Assembly: GCA_964550845.1 (NCBI GenBank)
Contig: CAZKAD010000001.1
Span: 21,342 to 85,341 of the forward strand
Direction: 5' to 3'
Length of the DNA stretch: 64,000 bases
DNA from: an uncultured Gammaproteobacteria bacterium
GTDB taxonomy: Bacteria > Patescibacteriota > Patescibacteriia > Magasanikbacterales > UBA922
The notes beneath the pieces are model-generated. The model was not told the DNA's origin, ran no database searches, and worked only from the letters and a program-made list of their open reading frames with translations. This document shows positions 19,384 to 29,486 of this stretch, in pieces. The translations under genes and the position numbers were made by a program. Numbering within the stretch: position 1 is the first letter of the stretch; each line of letters opens with the position of its first letter.

Positions 19384-20113
19384 TGATTTCCGTCAAAAGC
19401 CCGGCCGATATCAAAAATTTCTGACTAAATTTGGTCGCGATTTGAAGGGTATTCAAATTGAGACCCTTGAACAATTTCGAAATGTAATTGATCAAATTCA
19501 AGTCAAAGATGATGGTAAAGACGATGGTATTGTTGCTCGAGGTAATGCAAGAGCTCGAGAAATTGATGAAGCGAGTCGAAGAAAAAAATTCCATGATCAT
19601 CTTTATTTTGATTTTGGGTGCTCTGATGGTAAATTGACCCTTGAGATTGCCAAACAGCTTAAGATTCCAACTGAAAATGTATATGGTGCTGATATGGCGT
19701 CGTTTACTGGAGTTAGAATTAACCCTGTGCTCCGTAAACAAAATTTTGAACTAATTGAAAAAGAGGGACAAAAATTGCCCTACAACGATCAAACTTTTGG
19801 TCTCGTGACATGTTTTCAAGTTTTGCATCATCTTCAATTTCCAGAATTGGCAATTGCCGAATTTCATCGAATCCTTCGAAAAGATGGAATGTTGATTATC
19901 CGTGAACATGATGCAAGAGAAGAGGATAAAAGATTGATTGATTTTGAACACTTGATTTATCCTCATGAAAACATCGAACAAACTTATATTGGCAATTATC
20001 ATCAAGCTTCTGAATGGGATCGAATGATGCTTAAACATGGATTTGTTGCATTTGGATTTACGATGACCAAAGGAGAAACTTTTTACTACACTCAATCTTA
20101 CTTGAAGATGTAA
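19361..20113 (+). CDS. class I SAM-dependent methyltransferase
   Basis: Motif I DFGCSDG, post-I YGADM, and LPYNDQTFGLVTCFQVLHHL. Start overlaps the Atg8 tail-coding region by 23 nt. Confidence 0.75.
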   Translation: MNIQKVFDDFRQKPGRYQKFLTKFGRDLKGIQIETLEQFRNVIDQIQVKDDGKDDGIVARGNARAREIDEASRRKKFHDHLYFDFGCSDGKLTLEIAKQLKIPTENVYGADMASFTGVRINPVLRKQNFELIEKEGQKLPYNDQTFGLVTCFQVLHHLQFPELAIAEFHRILRKDGMLIIREHDAREEDKRLIDFEHLIYPHENIEQTYIGNYHQASEWDRMMLKHGFVAFGFTMTKGETFYYTQSYLKM

Positions 20114-20129
20114 GATAGTAAAGACTTTT

Positions 20130-20149
20130 GTATTTCTTTCGAGAAATAC
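20130..20149. terminator. hairpin GTATTTC-TTTCGA-GAAATAC
   Basis: 7-bp perfect stem after stop 20113. Confidence 0.5.
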
Positions 20150-20196
20150 AAAATATATGAAATAATTGAAGTAAAGTATTCGGAGTAAAAACATAA

Positions 20197-20985
20197 TTAT
20201 ACCGATTGATAACTTTTCAACTTATCTCGAATTATTTTCCAATAAGGTTCTACACGGATGAGTGCTGATGTATGTCCTCCTCGGAAACAAAGGATTTGAC
20301 TCATTTTCGCTTCGGTACTTCCAAATGCGGGAGGAACTTGAAAGTCATCTTGAGCAACGACAAATAAATATAGATGTTTTGACAGTTGAATCATCTCAGC
20401 TAGTCCGGAGAGAAAAGAAGATTCCGGATGCATCGGTTGATAACGCTTTGCTCTCAGGGGAAGAAATCGAAGTGCTGGTGCTCCACGAAAAGGAGTATTA
20501 ATCGTAATTACTTGAGTTGAATATGGAATTGATTTTTCTGCAATCCAGGCTGCCAATAATCCTCCCATTGAAGTTCCAATTATGGCGCTGATTCTAATAC
20601 GTTCTCCATTCAAATCACACACAAGCTTATCGAGAAAGGAAAAATAATCATTAAACGAAAGATCTTTTCGAGAAAAATTCGGTAAAATAATTGAATGATG
20701 TGGGTAAATCTTTCTCAATTCGGGAAGAGTATAACTCCATTGAAGTGGACAACTTGAACTTCCGTGGATACAAATAATCACTTGCTCTTCAATTGATTTT
20801 TCCGGAAATTCGTGATAAGTTTGATCGGATACTTCAATAACATCATGTTGATCGGAGAAATCATGCCCAAAGCATCGTTTGAATAGATACACAATTTTTG
20901 CTGGAAGATCAAGCAATTCGTAGATCAATCCAGTTAAAGTAATGTATTGAACTGAAAATTGAAATAATTCTTTGAGAAAACCCAT
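20197..20985 (-). CDS. alpha/beta-hydrolase fold serine esterase/lipase
   Basis: Oxyanion HG (ICIHGSS), nucleophile elbow GTSMGG, and candidate Asp (VAQDD) and His (GGHTS). Confidence 0.7.
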   Translation of the reverse strand: MGFLKELFQFSVQYITLTGLIYELLDLPAKIVYLFKRCFGHDFSDQHDVIEVSDQTYHEFPEKSIEEQVIICIHGSSSCPLQWSYTLPELRKIYPHHSIILPNFSRKDLSFNDYFSFLDKLVCDLNGERIRISAIIGTSMGGLLAAWIAEKSIPYSTQVITINTPFRGAPALRFLPLRAKRYQPMHPESSFLSGLAEMIQLSKHLYLFVVAQDDFQVPPAFGSTEAKMSQILCFRGGHTSALIRVEPYWKIIRDKLKSYQSV

Positions 20986-21062
20986 AAAAAATAATTATCT
21001 ACTCTTGAAAAGGACTTTTTATCTTATAAAGAAGAAGTCCGATCAATTTATCCGATAACGAT

Positions 21063-22580
21063 ATGCAAGCTCTTCTTGATCAAATTGACGACTCAGTTCG
21101 TTCAATGGACGATGATATTCGAGTTTTGGTCGACAACCTTAAACAACTTAATACCGAAGATATTTTAGAAATACATCTTGATATCCTTTCGAAAAAGCTT
21201 TCCAACGTCCCAGACACTTTTGAGTCTCGAGATCAAGTGATTGAAGTTATTCTCGATTCATGTAAATATGCTGAAAAAATGCGGATTTTTAACGGTCATT
21301 CAAACGGAATTTACAACAACGTTTCGTATCCTTATGCAGTCGCAATTCAAACGATATGTTATTTTGACGTCTACGGAGAAATGACCAAACAAAGTTTGCT
21401 TGAATGCATTTCTTTTGTTGCTTTGTTGGAAGAACCTTCTTGTAGTGATGACTTGATCTCTGAATGGTATGAAGATAAAAAAGATATTCATCTCGAACAA
21501 TTTCAATATGCACTTCAATTTGCGTCGAAGATTCGAGACATTTATCTTCCTACACCAGATAGAGAGATTGGTTTATTCACTGGAGATTATCTCTCAGTTG
21601 AAGTTCACCAAAAAATAATCGAATTTCTGAAAAAGAATCGGTTTACTGACCGAGGATCTTATCTTGAATTACTTCCAGAAAAAGATCGTCAGGCATTTCT
21701 TGCTTTTTCGAGGATTACTCCACAATGGATAGCAAAAAGAGCTTTTGTACCTCATCAAGAAGATAAAAGTATGGAACAAGGTTCTCACGCACTTGTTCGA
21801 AGATGGATTGATCCTGAAACTCATGAATATTACGTTGTTAAAACATACGGAATTAATTCTGAATACAACGCTGGTCTTCGAGAACTTCTCGCATTTCATA
21901 TCTTTTCACATCCGAATATTATTCGATGTCATAGCTGGGCAGTGAATGAAGATTTTACTGCACTTCAATTTTTCCTCGAAGATGGAGGTGAAGAAGTGAA
22001 CAATAAATATACCAGTGTAAGATGGATCAAAAAATATGTTCCACAAATTCTTCGTGCTCTTCGTCACATTCATACTCGAGGTTTTGCTTATCGTGACTTA
22101 AAAATGTGTAATCTTGTCTTTCAGAGGGGAAAAGTGAAACTGATTGATCTTGGAATGATGAGAAGAACAGTTACTTTTGGAGGATCGAATGAAATGATGG
22201 CTTTCGGAGTCGGTCCAGCCGAAGTATTTGAAGGCAGAACCATTTATCCTGGTTCGGTTGATATTTGGTCACTTGGAATACTCATGTGTGTGCTGTACAA
22301 AAAGAATCTCGCTATTGGCTATGGTAAATGTAAGATTATGCCTCCTTGGAATAAAAGATCACGAATTCGAGTCTTGTGTATCAAGGATTTTCTTGAGATA
22401 CTGACCAAAGATGAATCCGAAGAACTTGAATCTTTTCAAGAGAAATATCCGGGCTATGGTAATGTCGCCTTTACCATTTCAGAAGTTCGTCATCAAAAAC
22501 TTCTCGCGTTGATTCGAAGATGCTTTCAAAAAGATTCCCCCACTGCTGGAGAACTACTTCGAGATCGATTCTTTCATTAA
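21063..22580 (+). CDS. serine/threonine protein kinase with N-terminal helical domain
   Basis: YVVKT, YRDLKMCNLV, IDLGMM and SVDIWSLGIL. Confidence 0.85.
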   Translation: MQALLDQIDDSVRSMDDDIRVLVDNLKQLNTEDILEIHLDILSKKLSNVPDTFESRDQVIEVILDSCKYAEKMRIFNGHSNGIYNNVSYPYAVAIQTICYFDVYGEMTKQSLLECISFVALLEEPSCSDDLISEWYEDKKDIHLEQFQYALQFASKIRDIYLPTPDREIGLFTGDYLSVEVHQKIIEFLKKNRFTDRGSYLELLPEKDRQAFLAFSRITPQWIAKRAFVPHQEDKSMEQGSHALVRRWIDPETHEYYVVKTYGINSEYNAGLRELLAFHIFSHPNIIRCHSWAVNEDFTALQFFLEDGGEEVNNKYTSVRWIKKYVPQILRALRHIHTRGFAYRDLKMCNLVFQRGKVKLIDLGMMRRTVTFGGSNEMMAFGVGPAEVFEGRTIYPGSVDIWSLGILMCVLYKKNLAIGYGKCKIMPPWNKRSRIRVLCIKDFLEILTKDESEELESFQEKYPGYGNVAFTISEVRHQKLLALIRRCFQKDSPTAGELLRDRFFH

Positions 22581-22622
22581 ACGTTCCCGAAGAACTGGTT
22601 AAAAGACTTTCAAAAATAAAGT

Positions 22623-22647
22623 AAACATTCCTCTCGAGGAATGTTTA
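22623..22647. terminator. palindrome TAAACATTCCTC-TCGA-GAGGAATGTTTA
   Basis: Perfect 10-12 bp stem between convergent genes. Confidence 0.6.
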
Positions 22648-22655
22648 AGAGATAA

Positions 22656-23144
22656 TTAAGCTTTCTCAATTCTTAACCTCAGCATATAAACAAATGGATT
22701 GCGTAAATCTTGAACTATTTCAAGCAGATCTTTTCGCCGCTGTTCAAATTCTGATATCTTGAAATTTGTATACTTCGAATCGAGAAAGTTGTCAAGAAAA
22801 TCGGCAAGTTTAATTAACAGTGCATCTTCAGAAAGAGATGGTATTTTCTTTTTCATGTAGGCAAGTTTACCTACTTGAGCAATTTCGATTGGATTGTTGG
22901 TCAATTCTTTCACCAGCTTCATTACACGTTCAGAAAATTTCTTCTGGAGTTCCTCTGGTGTTGTTTTAGTATCTTCAAGTGTATCATGGAGCAAGGCAGC
23001 AACTAAAACTTCTTCGTCTTGTATCCCTTCTTGTCGTAGAATTGATGCAACACTACAACAATGAATCTGATAAGACATTCCATTTCCTTTTCTTTTTTGA
23101 CCATCATGCTTTTCGACAATGAATTGCAAAGCTTTTTGAATCAT
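22656..23144 (-). CDS. HD-domain protein, MESH1/HDDC3-like (p)ppGpp hydrolase homolog
   Basis: ALQFIVEKHDGQKRKGNGMSYQIHCCSVASILRQEGIQDEEVLVAALLHDTLEDT matches the SpoT/RelA hydrolase signature (H.GQ.R..G.PYI.H...VA.IL......D...I.AALLHD..EDT). Confidence 0.7.
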   Translation of the reverse strand: MIQKALQFIVEKHDGQKRKGNGMSYQIHCCSVASILRQEGIQDEEVLVAALLHDTLEDTKTTPEELQKKFSERVMKLVKELTNNPIEIAQVGKLAYMKKKIPSLSEDALLIKLADFLDNFLDSKYTNFKISEFEQRRKDLLEIVQDLRNPFVYMLRLRIEKA

Positions 23145-23161
23145 TTTGATTAGTTTGAGAT

Positions 23162-23168
23162 AAATTGA
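23162..23168 (+). promoter_or_regulatory. AAATTGA motif (plus) for the kinase at 23217
   Basis: Divergent promoter pair. A second copy on the minus strand at 23198-23205 serves the HD-domain gene. Confidence 0.5.
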
Positions 23169-23216
23169 TTTTTATTTCCGAGAGAAAGAAGGGTAAATCA
23201 ATTTATTTCATCAGCG

Positions 23217-24566
23217 ATGAAAGCTCGATTTTTAAAGTTGACTCTTATTCCAAATCCGGCAAACTATCGAACAAAATATATCAGTTACATGAGTCAAATC
23301 GCCGTTAAACTGAATATTGAAGATAATATTTTGATTGGTGCAATTGAACTTTTTGATCGACTGCCGTATATTTCCGAAGAATGTTCATTTTTGTTTGCGT
23401 TTGGATGTTTTTATTTAGCTGTACTTCTTTACGAAGGGGGCAACGACATTCGAGAAAAATTGCCTCGATGTTGCAAAGGTGTTTATGAAATTGGTGATTT
23501 GACCAAGATAGTAGATACTTTGGTGGTTGAAATCATGACATGGTTACCTGCACCTATTTATCCAAATAGCTTTTCAAGAGCCTATCATATCGTTACTGGA
23601 AAGCATTTAACGAAAGAAGAAGAACGCTCACTCGTTTTGATTTATCTTAAACAATCAAGTACTCTTGAATCAACTGAATTGAAAACTTTAGCTCTTCCTG
23701 AAAATCAACAAAAGAGAATCAAAGAATTTATGAATCAACCAAGTAAAAATTCTTTGTTTCAAGAGTATCATCCGGATTTTCAAAAAGGCAATTTGCTTGG
23801 ATCAGGTGAATGGGGTCGTGTTGTTGCTCATCCAAATGAATGGGGGAAAGTGATTAAAAAATCACTCAACAAAGAAGAAGCATATGAAACTTTTGTCCGA
23901 GAGATTGCACTGCTCTCTTCAATTAGTCACCCTCACATTATTAAAATGCACGGATGGAGTTACAATGAAGGCAAATTTTATCTCATTCTCGATAAAGGAA
24001 TACCAATTAAATTAACTTCAAGAACAATTCAACAAGAGGGATCTAAACTTCTTCGAGCTCTTGATCATCTTCATTCACAAGGATTTATTCATCGCGACTT
24101 GAAACCAGATAATATATTGTATGTGAATGAAAATATTACTCTTTGTGATTTCGGGATTACTAGAACTCAAGCAAGACGAGGATTGACTGGTATGAGAGTG
24201 CCAGCTGCAAATATCCCTCCCGAAATGCTTAAACAAAGAAAATACAATTACGATTCTGCAGTCGATATTTGGGCTTTCGGATTGTTAGTTGCCTGGATGG
24301 TTAAAGATTTTATTTTTAGTGATATTGTCGAAGATAAGGATAGTCATCATAAAATTCAAATGCAAATAATTGGATTCAAGACTGGTTACAAATTTCCAGA
24401 TAAACAACACACTCCGAGATATTCCCTTCATGACATTGAGAACGAAGACGCAAGAGACTTAATTGAAAGATGTCTGACTGATTGTCCACAACAAAGACCG
24501 AAAGCGAAAGATTTAATTAATCATCCTTTTTTAACCAGTCCCGAAGGGACGTTTAAGGCAAAGTAA
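23217..24566 (+). CDS. serine/threonine protein kinase with about 190-aa N-terminal (possibly cyclin-like) domain
   Basis: GSGEWGRVV, VIKK, HRDLKPDNIL, DFG and DIWAFGLL. Confidence 0.85.
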   Translation: MKARFLKLTLIPNPANYRTKYISYMSQIAVKLNIEDNILIGAIELFDRLPYISEECSFLFAFGCFYLAVLLYEGGNDIREKLPRCCKGVYEIGDLTKIVDTLVVEIMTWLPAPIYPNSFSRAYHIVTGKHLTKEEERSLVLIYLKQSSTLESTELKTLALPENQQKRIKEFMNQPSKNSLFQEYHPDFQKGNLLGSGEWGRVVAHPNEWGKVIKKSLNKEEAYETFVREIALLSSISHPHIIKMHGWSYNEGKFYLILDKGIPIKLTSRTIQQEGSKLLRALDHLHSQGFIHRDLKPDNILYVNENITLCDFGITRTQARRGLTGMRVPAANIPPEMLKQRKYNYDSAVDIWAFGLLVAWMVKDFIFSDIVEDKDSHHKIQMQIIGFKTGYKFPDKQHTPRYSLHDIENEDARDLIERCLTDCPQQRPKAKDLINHPFLTSPEGTFKAK

Positions 24567-24609
24567 GTAAAACTGATTTCCTTTTCTCTCGAGAAATGGA
24601 AAAAATAAA

Positions 24610-25014
24610 ATGTCAGTTCAAACTCAAATCGAAACTGAATGGCAATCGATTTGTCAATCAATTCCTTCTTTGTTGAAGAAGAAATCAACCTGGATTTTAT
24701 TGGATCATGTGAAAGGTCCAATTGAATACTTTCTCTTTACCAACACGGAAAGACTTTGTTTTTGGAAAATTTGGTTTGCTCATTCTCTTGATTTAATCGG
24801 AACATCTTATTACCTGGATCAAGAAAATCCGATTGATATTTGTGAATCATTACTGAGAAATTTTAACAATTCTGAAGAGATGATTGAGAAAATGGAGATT
24901 AACTTTGAACAATATATGCAACAACGAAAAGACAGACACGAATATCTTCAATTAAAGAAGAGAGAATATGGTCAACGTCGAAGAGAACGTCTTCGTGAGA
25001 TGACGCTGGTCTAA
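24610..25014 (+). CDS. hypothetical protein (134 aa)
   Basis: ATG ORF. Upstream hairpin TTTCTC-TCGA-GAGAAA at about 24584. Confidence 0.45.
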   Translation: MSVQTQIETEWQSICQSIPSLLKKKSTWILLDHVKGPIEYFLFTNTERLCFWKIWFAHSLDLIGTSYYLDQENPIDICESLLRNFNNSEEMIEKMEINFEQYMQQRKDRHEYLQLKKREYGQRRRERLREMTLV

Positions 25015-25076
25015 TTACTTTTCATCAAACATTTTATTCTTTTTGAAGAATAAAAATATTTTTCCGTTTCACATCT

Positions 25077-25547
25077 TTACATAAATTGGCGGAGATTCTT
25101 CTTTGCAATTTGATCTTCAATATTGACTCGAATATCATCATCGGGAGGAACAAAGTTCGGCGGTTTGTTCCATTTACCTCGTTCATCTTGGAATCCACCT
25201 GGACCGAACTTTGTCATATTGGCTTGATGAACTAGATCCCAAATTGGTTGAGGATTAATTCCAGTGTTACTCAAATGTTGAGCTGCGTAATAAATAATAT
25301 CAATGAGAGCATCAACTTCCTCAGTCAAATCTTTTGCCTCGGCAAGTTCTTGCAATTCATCTTGAATCATCTGTGTAATAAACTTTCGATCAATGGTTGC
25401 ACATCCGGTTGGCTGATTGATACAATTGTTGCGAGTTTGTGTAAATTCGAGACAATCTTGGAAAATTGACTTTCTTTGAAGACGAATTTCTCGTCTCAAT
25501 TTTCGACGTTGATTTTTCGAGATATGCTTTGGAGGACGATAAGGCAT
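25077..25547 (-). CDS. all-alpha NTP pyrophosphohydrolase-like protein (MazG/DCTPP1/HisE-like, tentative)
   Basis: ELQELAEAKDLTEEVDALIDIIYYAAQHL resembles the EExxE...D acidic metal-binding helix pair of the MazG family. Confidence 0.4.
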   Translation of the reverse strand: MPYRPPKHISKNQRRKLRREIRLQRKSIFQDCLEFTQTRNNCINQPTGCATIDRKFITQMIQDELQELAEAKDLTEEVDALIDIIYYAAQHLSNTGINPQPIWDLVHQANMTKFGPGGFQDERGKWNKPPNFVPPDDDIRVNIEDQIAKKNLRQFM

Positions 25548-25586
25548 TATTCGGCAGGTTTCTTTCTAATCAAAAATTGTTCAAAT

Positions 25587-25612
25587 CAATTTTTATGTCT
25601 GCGAAAAATTGA
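25587..25612. promoter_or_regulatory. back-to-back AAAATTGA octamers (minus-strand copy 25587-25594, plus-strand copy 25605-25612)
   Basis: Divergent promoters for the genes starting at 25547 (-) and 25662 (+). Confidence 0.6.
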
Positions 25613-25661
25613 TTTGGAAAGTCGGCGTCCATTTAACAAGATTCTTTCTTTGGAAAGGAAA

Positions 25662-27386
25662 ATGGACTACAAATCGGACGACCAGATCGAACTCGATAAA
25701 ATCATTGCTGATTGGAAAAGATTCCTTGAGAATGGAAAGATTCGCCCGACCTTAAATGAACTGGAAAATTTTCCCGATGGAATTGTGATTAGCAACCTTG
25801 TAAAACATGCTGGTGCCTACGGTGCGATTGGTATTTTTGAATTTTCAACTCGACCAAACATTCCATTTGTTTACAAAATTTCAACTGAACCAGGATTTAA
25901 TCTTCGCCATGAAATGGCCAATCTCGATATTCTTCGTGGATCACGAGAATGGTGTCCACATTTCTGTGAGAGTTATGGAATGGTCAATGTCAAAGTTGAT
26001 CCAGAAGGAGGATCTTTGTTCAAAGATAGCGACACTGCAATCAAGAGTGATGTTGCATTGATGGAATTTATCCCTGGTGATGCATTTAGTAAATCGATTG
26101 CGGATCTCTCTCATGATCAAATTGTTTCGGTACTTCAACAAACTCTGTTAGCAGTTGATATTATGCAAACAAAATTTCAAATGACGCATTACGATTTGCA
26201 TACTTCGAATGTAATGTTGATTTGTTGTCATCCCGATACTGTGTTCGTCTACAAATGGAAGGGTCGAACATTTGTAATTCCAACCAGAGGAGTTGTACCT
26301 GTGATTATTGATTTTGGTTTTGCTTATTCGAACTTGCTCGAAGGTCGATTTTATGGACTGATGTCGTTTACCAACGACGGATGTCTTGGTTGTCAGACTG
26401 ATGAAGGCTATGACGCTCGTGTCTTTCTAATTGACACTGTTGATGAGCTCGAAAGACTCGATAAATATCGAAGTCTTCAAACTCTGCTCCGAGATATTTA
26501 CCCGGCCAAGAGTTTTGATCCTCGAACTGGAGAAGAAATGCTCGATTTTGATCCAAAGTCTGGACGTGGTAATGATAAGTTTAATCCTGCCACCAAACGT
26601 GTCGAAGATTTGATTCTTGACATCGAAGAGGAGAAAAAGATTTCCAACTTTCTAGTTGATTTTGTTGAAGCGGACAGTGATTCTGGTAATTCAAGTGATT
26701 CAGAATCGAAGAGTCGTTCTCGATCAAGAAGTCGTTCTTCGCGAAGTTCTGAAAGTTCCGATCGGGACGTTTACTACAATTGTACTTATCTAGTTGAATT
26801 GATTCAAAGCCTTCAAGAATATCCACTCAAATTAACCGGCACACTCAAGACTCATTACAAAGATTTCCGTGCTGCTTACATTGCTTTTGCGAAACAATTT
26901 GTTCACTACGAAAAAACAGTCAAAACCAATTTCCTTCGGTTCCTCATTTTGCGTAATATTGTTGATGCTGCTCATCGAGCTTTGCAAGAAGAAAAAGGAG
27001 TGAATGAAACTTTCCGAAAAACATTCTTCATGCTCATGAATGAAAGTTGTAAGTTTTACACTCCTCCTTCGGAAGTCGATGTTGATATTTTATTGAAATC
27101 AATGGTTGATATGTCAAAGATTATTGTCAATGGAATTAGTCAAGATCTCAAAATGATTAATCGTAAACGAACAAATCGATATCGAATTCAAACCCTTGAA
27201 ATTTTTGATCGAGTTGAAACACGTGTCGACCAGAATTTCAATGTTGAAGGTCCAATTTACATTTGGGATATCGATCAAAAGAAAAAGTCTTCTTTTCAAC
27301 TCACCAATGAACAGCTTATCGAGATAAAGAAAATGAAAAGAAAGAGTGCAGGTCTGATTCGAATTCTTGAAAAACATGCCAGTTAA
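25662..27386 (+). CDS. protein-kinase-like protein with Ser/Arg-rich acidic insert
   Basis: HYDLHTSNVML, IIDFGFAY and an SDSESKSRSRSRSSRSSESSD stretch. The track ORF started at TTG 25476. Confidence 0.55.
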   Translation: MDYKSDDQIELDKIIADWKRFLENGKIRPTLNELENFPDGIVISNLVKHAGAYGAIGIFEFSTRPNIPFVYKISTEPGFNLRHEMANLDILRGSREWCPHFCESYGMVNVKVDPEGGSLFKDSDTAIKSDVALMEFIPGDAFSKSIADLSHDQIVSVLQQTLLAVDIMQTKFQMTHYDLHTSNVMLICCHPDTVFVYKWKGRTFVIPTRGVVPVIIDFGFAYSNLLEGRFYGLMSFTNDGCLGCQTDEGYDARVFLIDTVDELERLDKYRSLQTLLRDIYPAKSFDPRTGEEMLDFDPKSGRGNDKFNPATKRVEDLILDIEEEKKISNFLVDFVEADSDSGNSSDSESKSRSRSRSRSSRSSESSDRDVYYNCTYLVELIQSLQEYPLKLTGTLKTHYKDFRAAYIAFAKQFVHYEKTVKTNFLRFLILRNIVDAAHRALQEEKGVNETFRKTFFMLMNESCKFYTPPSEVDVDILLKSMVDMSKIIVNGISQDLKMINRKRTNRYRIQTLEIFDRVETRVDQNFNVEGPIYIWDIDQKKKSSFQLTNEQLIEIKKMKRKSAGLIRILEKHAS

Positions 27387-27588
27387 ATTGGCTCCATTAC
27401 AAGAAATGTTATTGTATTATGTGCCTCAAAAAATTGCATGGGTAGTCAATCAGAAATCGCAAAATTTCACATCTTGACTGCTTAAAGTGCCTACTGTCTA
27501 GGTTCAATTAAGCATATGTTTTTGAATTTTCTATGGAAAATTCAATCGATTTCCCTTCGATTTTCCTCATTTCCGTCAAAAAATTTCA

Positions 27589-27861
27589 TCAAAGAGTCAT
27601 CCATTTAATAAGTAACCATCGTGGCTTTTCGGGAGGCCATTCTTGATAGTCAAAGTAGAGAGATGGAATATGAGATGTCACTACATAAAGCTCTTTCCGA
27701 GTATAAATATCCTTTGCATTCAAATACCATTTTACTCCATCATCAAATTGCACCGCAAAATCTTCCATCACAATACAAGCATTCCATCTTAAATTTAAGC
27801 GGAAATAATTGTAGGTCATCTTGAATAAAACAATCCATCCGCAAACAGCTTGATAGATCAT
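27589..27861 (-). CDS. small hypothetical protein (90 aa)
   Basis: ATG ORF in an ambiguous region. Confidence 0.25.
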   Translation of the reverse strand: MIYQAVCGWIVLFKMTYNYFRLNLRWNACIVMEDFAVQFDDGVKWYLNAKDIYTRKELYVVTSHIPSLYFDYQEWPPEKPRWLLIKWMTL

Positions 27862-27906
27862 AGATCATAAAGATTACTTTTTCTAAGTAATCTTTTTTTA
27901 ATTTCA

Positions 27907-28128
27907 TTACAATGAACTGAATGGGTATGGGAGACGAGTATTATTCCAAAATCCGTTGGGATCGAGAGAACCTCTCGATTTTCGGGGAGTATATACCGTT
28001 CTACTTACATTATTGTAATTTTGTTTTCGATGAACTCCAGCTTTCATCATCACTGATCTCATCATCAATCCAAGTAACACTACCGAAAGCAAAATTATTG
28101 CAATTGCGACAAGCCAACCCGGATCCAT
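27907..28128 (-). CDS. small single-TM protein (73 aa)
   Basis: N-terminal hydrophobic helix. Confidence 0.3.
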   Translation of the reverse strand: MDPGWLVAIAIILLSVVLLGLMMRSVMMKAGVHRKQNYNNVSRTVYTPRKSRGSLDPNGFWNNTRLPYPFSSL

Positions 28129-28175
28129 TGCGGTTTCTAAAAGGAAGAAAAAATTATTACAAATCGATGAACATT

Positions 28176-28841
28176 TTATCGCGGAATTAATGTATAAGTC
28201 AAAAGGAAAATTCTTGCTGCAAGTTGGTTATAAGTATGCGCATCAATTTGTGGAACAGAACCTATCTCTGTGTGTGATGGATCGGACAATCCTTGAACAA
28301 CAGTATTTACTGGCTGTTTAGTTCGAAGAGTTGTATGCAATGGAAAGTACCCAGTTCCAAGTTTAAGGAAAATTCGTTGGGTATCATTCGGTCCAAGGTA
28401 TTGATAGAGATCTCCTTCAATTACAGATTGATCAAGATCAATTGCAGAAAACATTCCAATTCGAATCAGCATAGCAGGTCCGTATCCATCAACTAAATGA
28501 TTAGCTGAAACGTATCTGTACATTGTGGTTGATCTTCCTGCAACTGGTTGAACACTGTTATTTAGGTACACCACTTCTTGGTTATTATATTTCTCAGAGC
28601 GATTTGATATTGTTCCATCGCTGTAGACAACTAAAATTGGCCATTCTCCATCAGTCGGCTGAGAGTTGAATGCGGCTTTGAGTGTATACACATCTTCAGC
28701 GAGAAGATATCCAACAATTTGCTTCTTTGCTACTTGATTTGATCCTTTTGCTCTTAATTTTGGGCTGTTGATTACTCCATATACAATTGCAAGGAGGAGT
28801 AACAAAATTGCAAGAAAGACAATTCCAATTTTGAGCGGCAT
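28176..28841 (-). CDS. type II membrane protein (N-terminal TM anchor)
   Basis: Leu-rich TM at residues 5-25. Confidence 0.5.
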   Translation of the reverse strand: MPLKIGIVFLAILLLLLAIVYGVINSPKLRAKGSNQVAKKQIVGYLLAEDVYTLKAAFNSQPTDGEWPILVVYSDGTISNRSEKYNNQEVVYLNNSVQPVAGRSTTMYRYVSANHLVDGYGPAMLIRIGMFSAIDLDQSVIEGDLYQYLGPNDTQRIFLKLGTGYFPLHTTLRTKQPVNTVVQGLSDPSHTEIGSVPQIDAHTYNQLAARIFLLTYTLIPR

Positions 28842-28872
28842 TTTATGGATTAAAGAAAATTAAAATTGGAAA

Positions 28873-29415
28873 TTACATCATCAAATATTGGAAATCAGAA
28901 TCGCGAGTCACACTAAAAGCACCTAGACTCTCTTTACCAGGAATAACAAATGTATCTCCATCTCGAAGTTTTTTGCCATATTGAGCAGGAAGATTAATAA
29001 TGATATCCTTATAAGTATCAACTACCCGGTATTCGAATGATTCATCGGTGAAAGGAGGTACATAACGTTGCTCAAGTGAGTAAACGGTATCATCACTGGT
29101 CGAAACTGAGCTTAAAATACCGACGCGTTCCCAGTTTCGAGACAAGTTTCTCGGTGCTGCCCCATAAAAACGAAGAGGTCCTTCAAGGCCCTTGGTGATT
29201 GGAATCGCATGAACATTTGCTCCAGTCAAGATTTCTCCCATCGGAGGTTGCTCAAAAGTTTGATAATATGGCGGTGAGGTGTATTGAGATCTTCGAGGAG
29301 GGCGAGGCGCCGATGTGTCGAGATTGTGAGCAATTTGCAATCCTTTTGTATAGAGGTAGATAAAAGTGAATGCAACAATAGTCATCAATCCGGCGATGAT
29401 AGCGAGTAAGATCAT
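28873..29415 (-). CDS. membrane protein (N-terminal TM, Pro-rich linker)
   Basis: Same architecture as its neighbour. Confidence 0.5.
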   Translation of the reverse strand: MILLAIIAGLMTIVAFTFIYLYTKGLQIAHNLDTSAPRPPRRSQYTSPPYYQTFEQPPMGEILTGANVHAIPITKGLEGPLRFYGAAPRNLSRNWERVGILSSVSTSDDTVYSLEQRYVPPFTDESFEYRVVDTYKDIIINLPAQYGKKLRDGDTFVIPGKESLGAFSVTRDSDFQYLMM

Positions 29416-29446
29416 TTCTTTTCCTTTGTTCAGAAAAAGAAAAAGA

Positions 29447-29454
29447 AAAATTGA
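29447..29454 (+). promoter_or_regulatory. AAAATTGA octamer
   Basis: 35 nt upstream of ATG 29487. Confidence 0.55.
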
Positions 29455-29486
29455 TTTCTTTGAAATTGCTCAATTAGAGATCAAAC

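Noticed and set aside
23217-23800. Cyclin-box-like fold in the N-terminal region of the kinase 23217..24566
   Set aside because: It rests only on a loose hydrophobic pattern, so it was left as a comment rather than a call.
27387-27600. About 200-bp non-coding gap with less AT-rich composition, containing GGTTCAATT; checked as a possible tRNA
   Set aside because: No acceptor, D or anticodon stems can be paired around the T-loop-like string, and no CCA-proximal complementarity.
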